DNA of 64,000 nucleotides from NCBI RefSeq assembly GCF_988243305.1, contig NZ_OZ547136.1; one strand, 5' to 3'. Shown piece by piece: positions 63,911 to 64,000 of this stretch (position 1 is its first letter; each line of letters starts with the position of its first letter). The notes under the pieces were generated by a model. It saw only the letters and a program-made list of their open reading frames with translations, ran no database searches and was not told where the DNA came from. The position numbers and the translations under genes were made by a program.

Positions 63911-64000
63911 CAAGTATTTGCTTGCCGGTTATTTTGCTTCCGGCAAGCAAATGAATTACACAATGCAAGAGGGTTATTTGTTCAGCAAATGACCCATTTT

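Overview
Escherichia coli chromosomal window made of two parts. Positions 1 to about 38440 are the right arm of an integrated lambdoid prophage, and about 38440 to 64000 is conserved core chromosome. The prophage runs from the nin/late-control region (DUF551 fragment, hok-type toxin, DUF968, rusA, Q antiterminator, tR') through a DNA methyltransferase, two tRNAs and an AT-rich cargo locus at the position where Stx phages carry stx (no stx here; unknown ORFs plus a NanS-p-like esterase). It continues with the lysis cassette (dual-start holin, SAR endolysin, Rz with embedded Rz1), a cos-proximal module (HNH, TerS, TerL), a head module in the unusual order protease-capsid fusion then portal, and a lambda-like tail module (G/GT frameshift, tape measure, M, L, K, I, J, lom, stf, tfa). 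The prophage ends inside the 3' end of ompW. The core part is yciE-yciF-yciG, the complete trp operon with leader and attenuator, yciV-yciO-yciQ-rluB, btuR-yciK, sohB, yciN, topA, cysB, ymiA-yciX and acnA. The most interesting candidates for undescribed biology are a 1.5 kb AT-rich two-gene islet between rluB and btuR, a cluster of four translationally coupled membrane peptides between the endolysin and Rz, the unknown cargo at the stx-equivalent locus, a methyltransferase moron flanked by duplicated tfa 3' ends, and a portal protein with a tandem-repeat C-terminal extension. All calls come from reading the sequence and the ORF translations; no database search was run.
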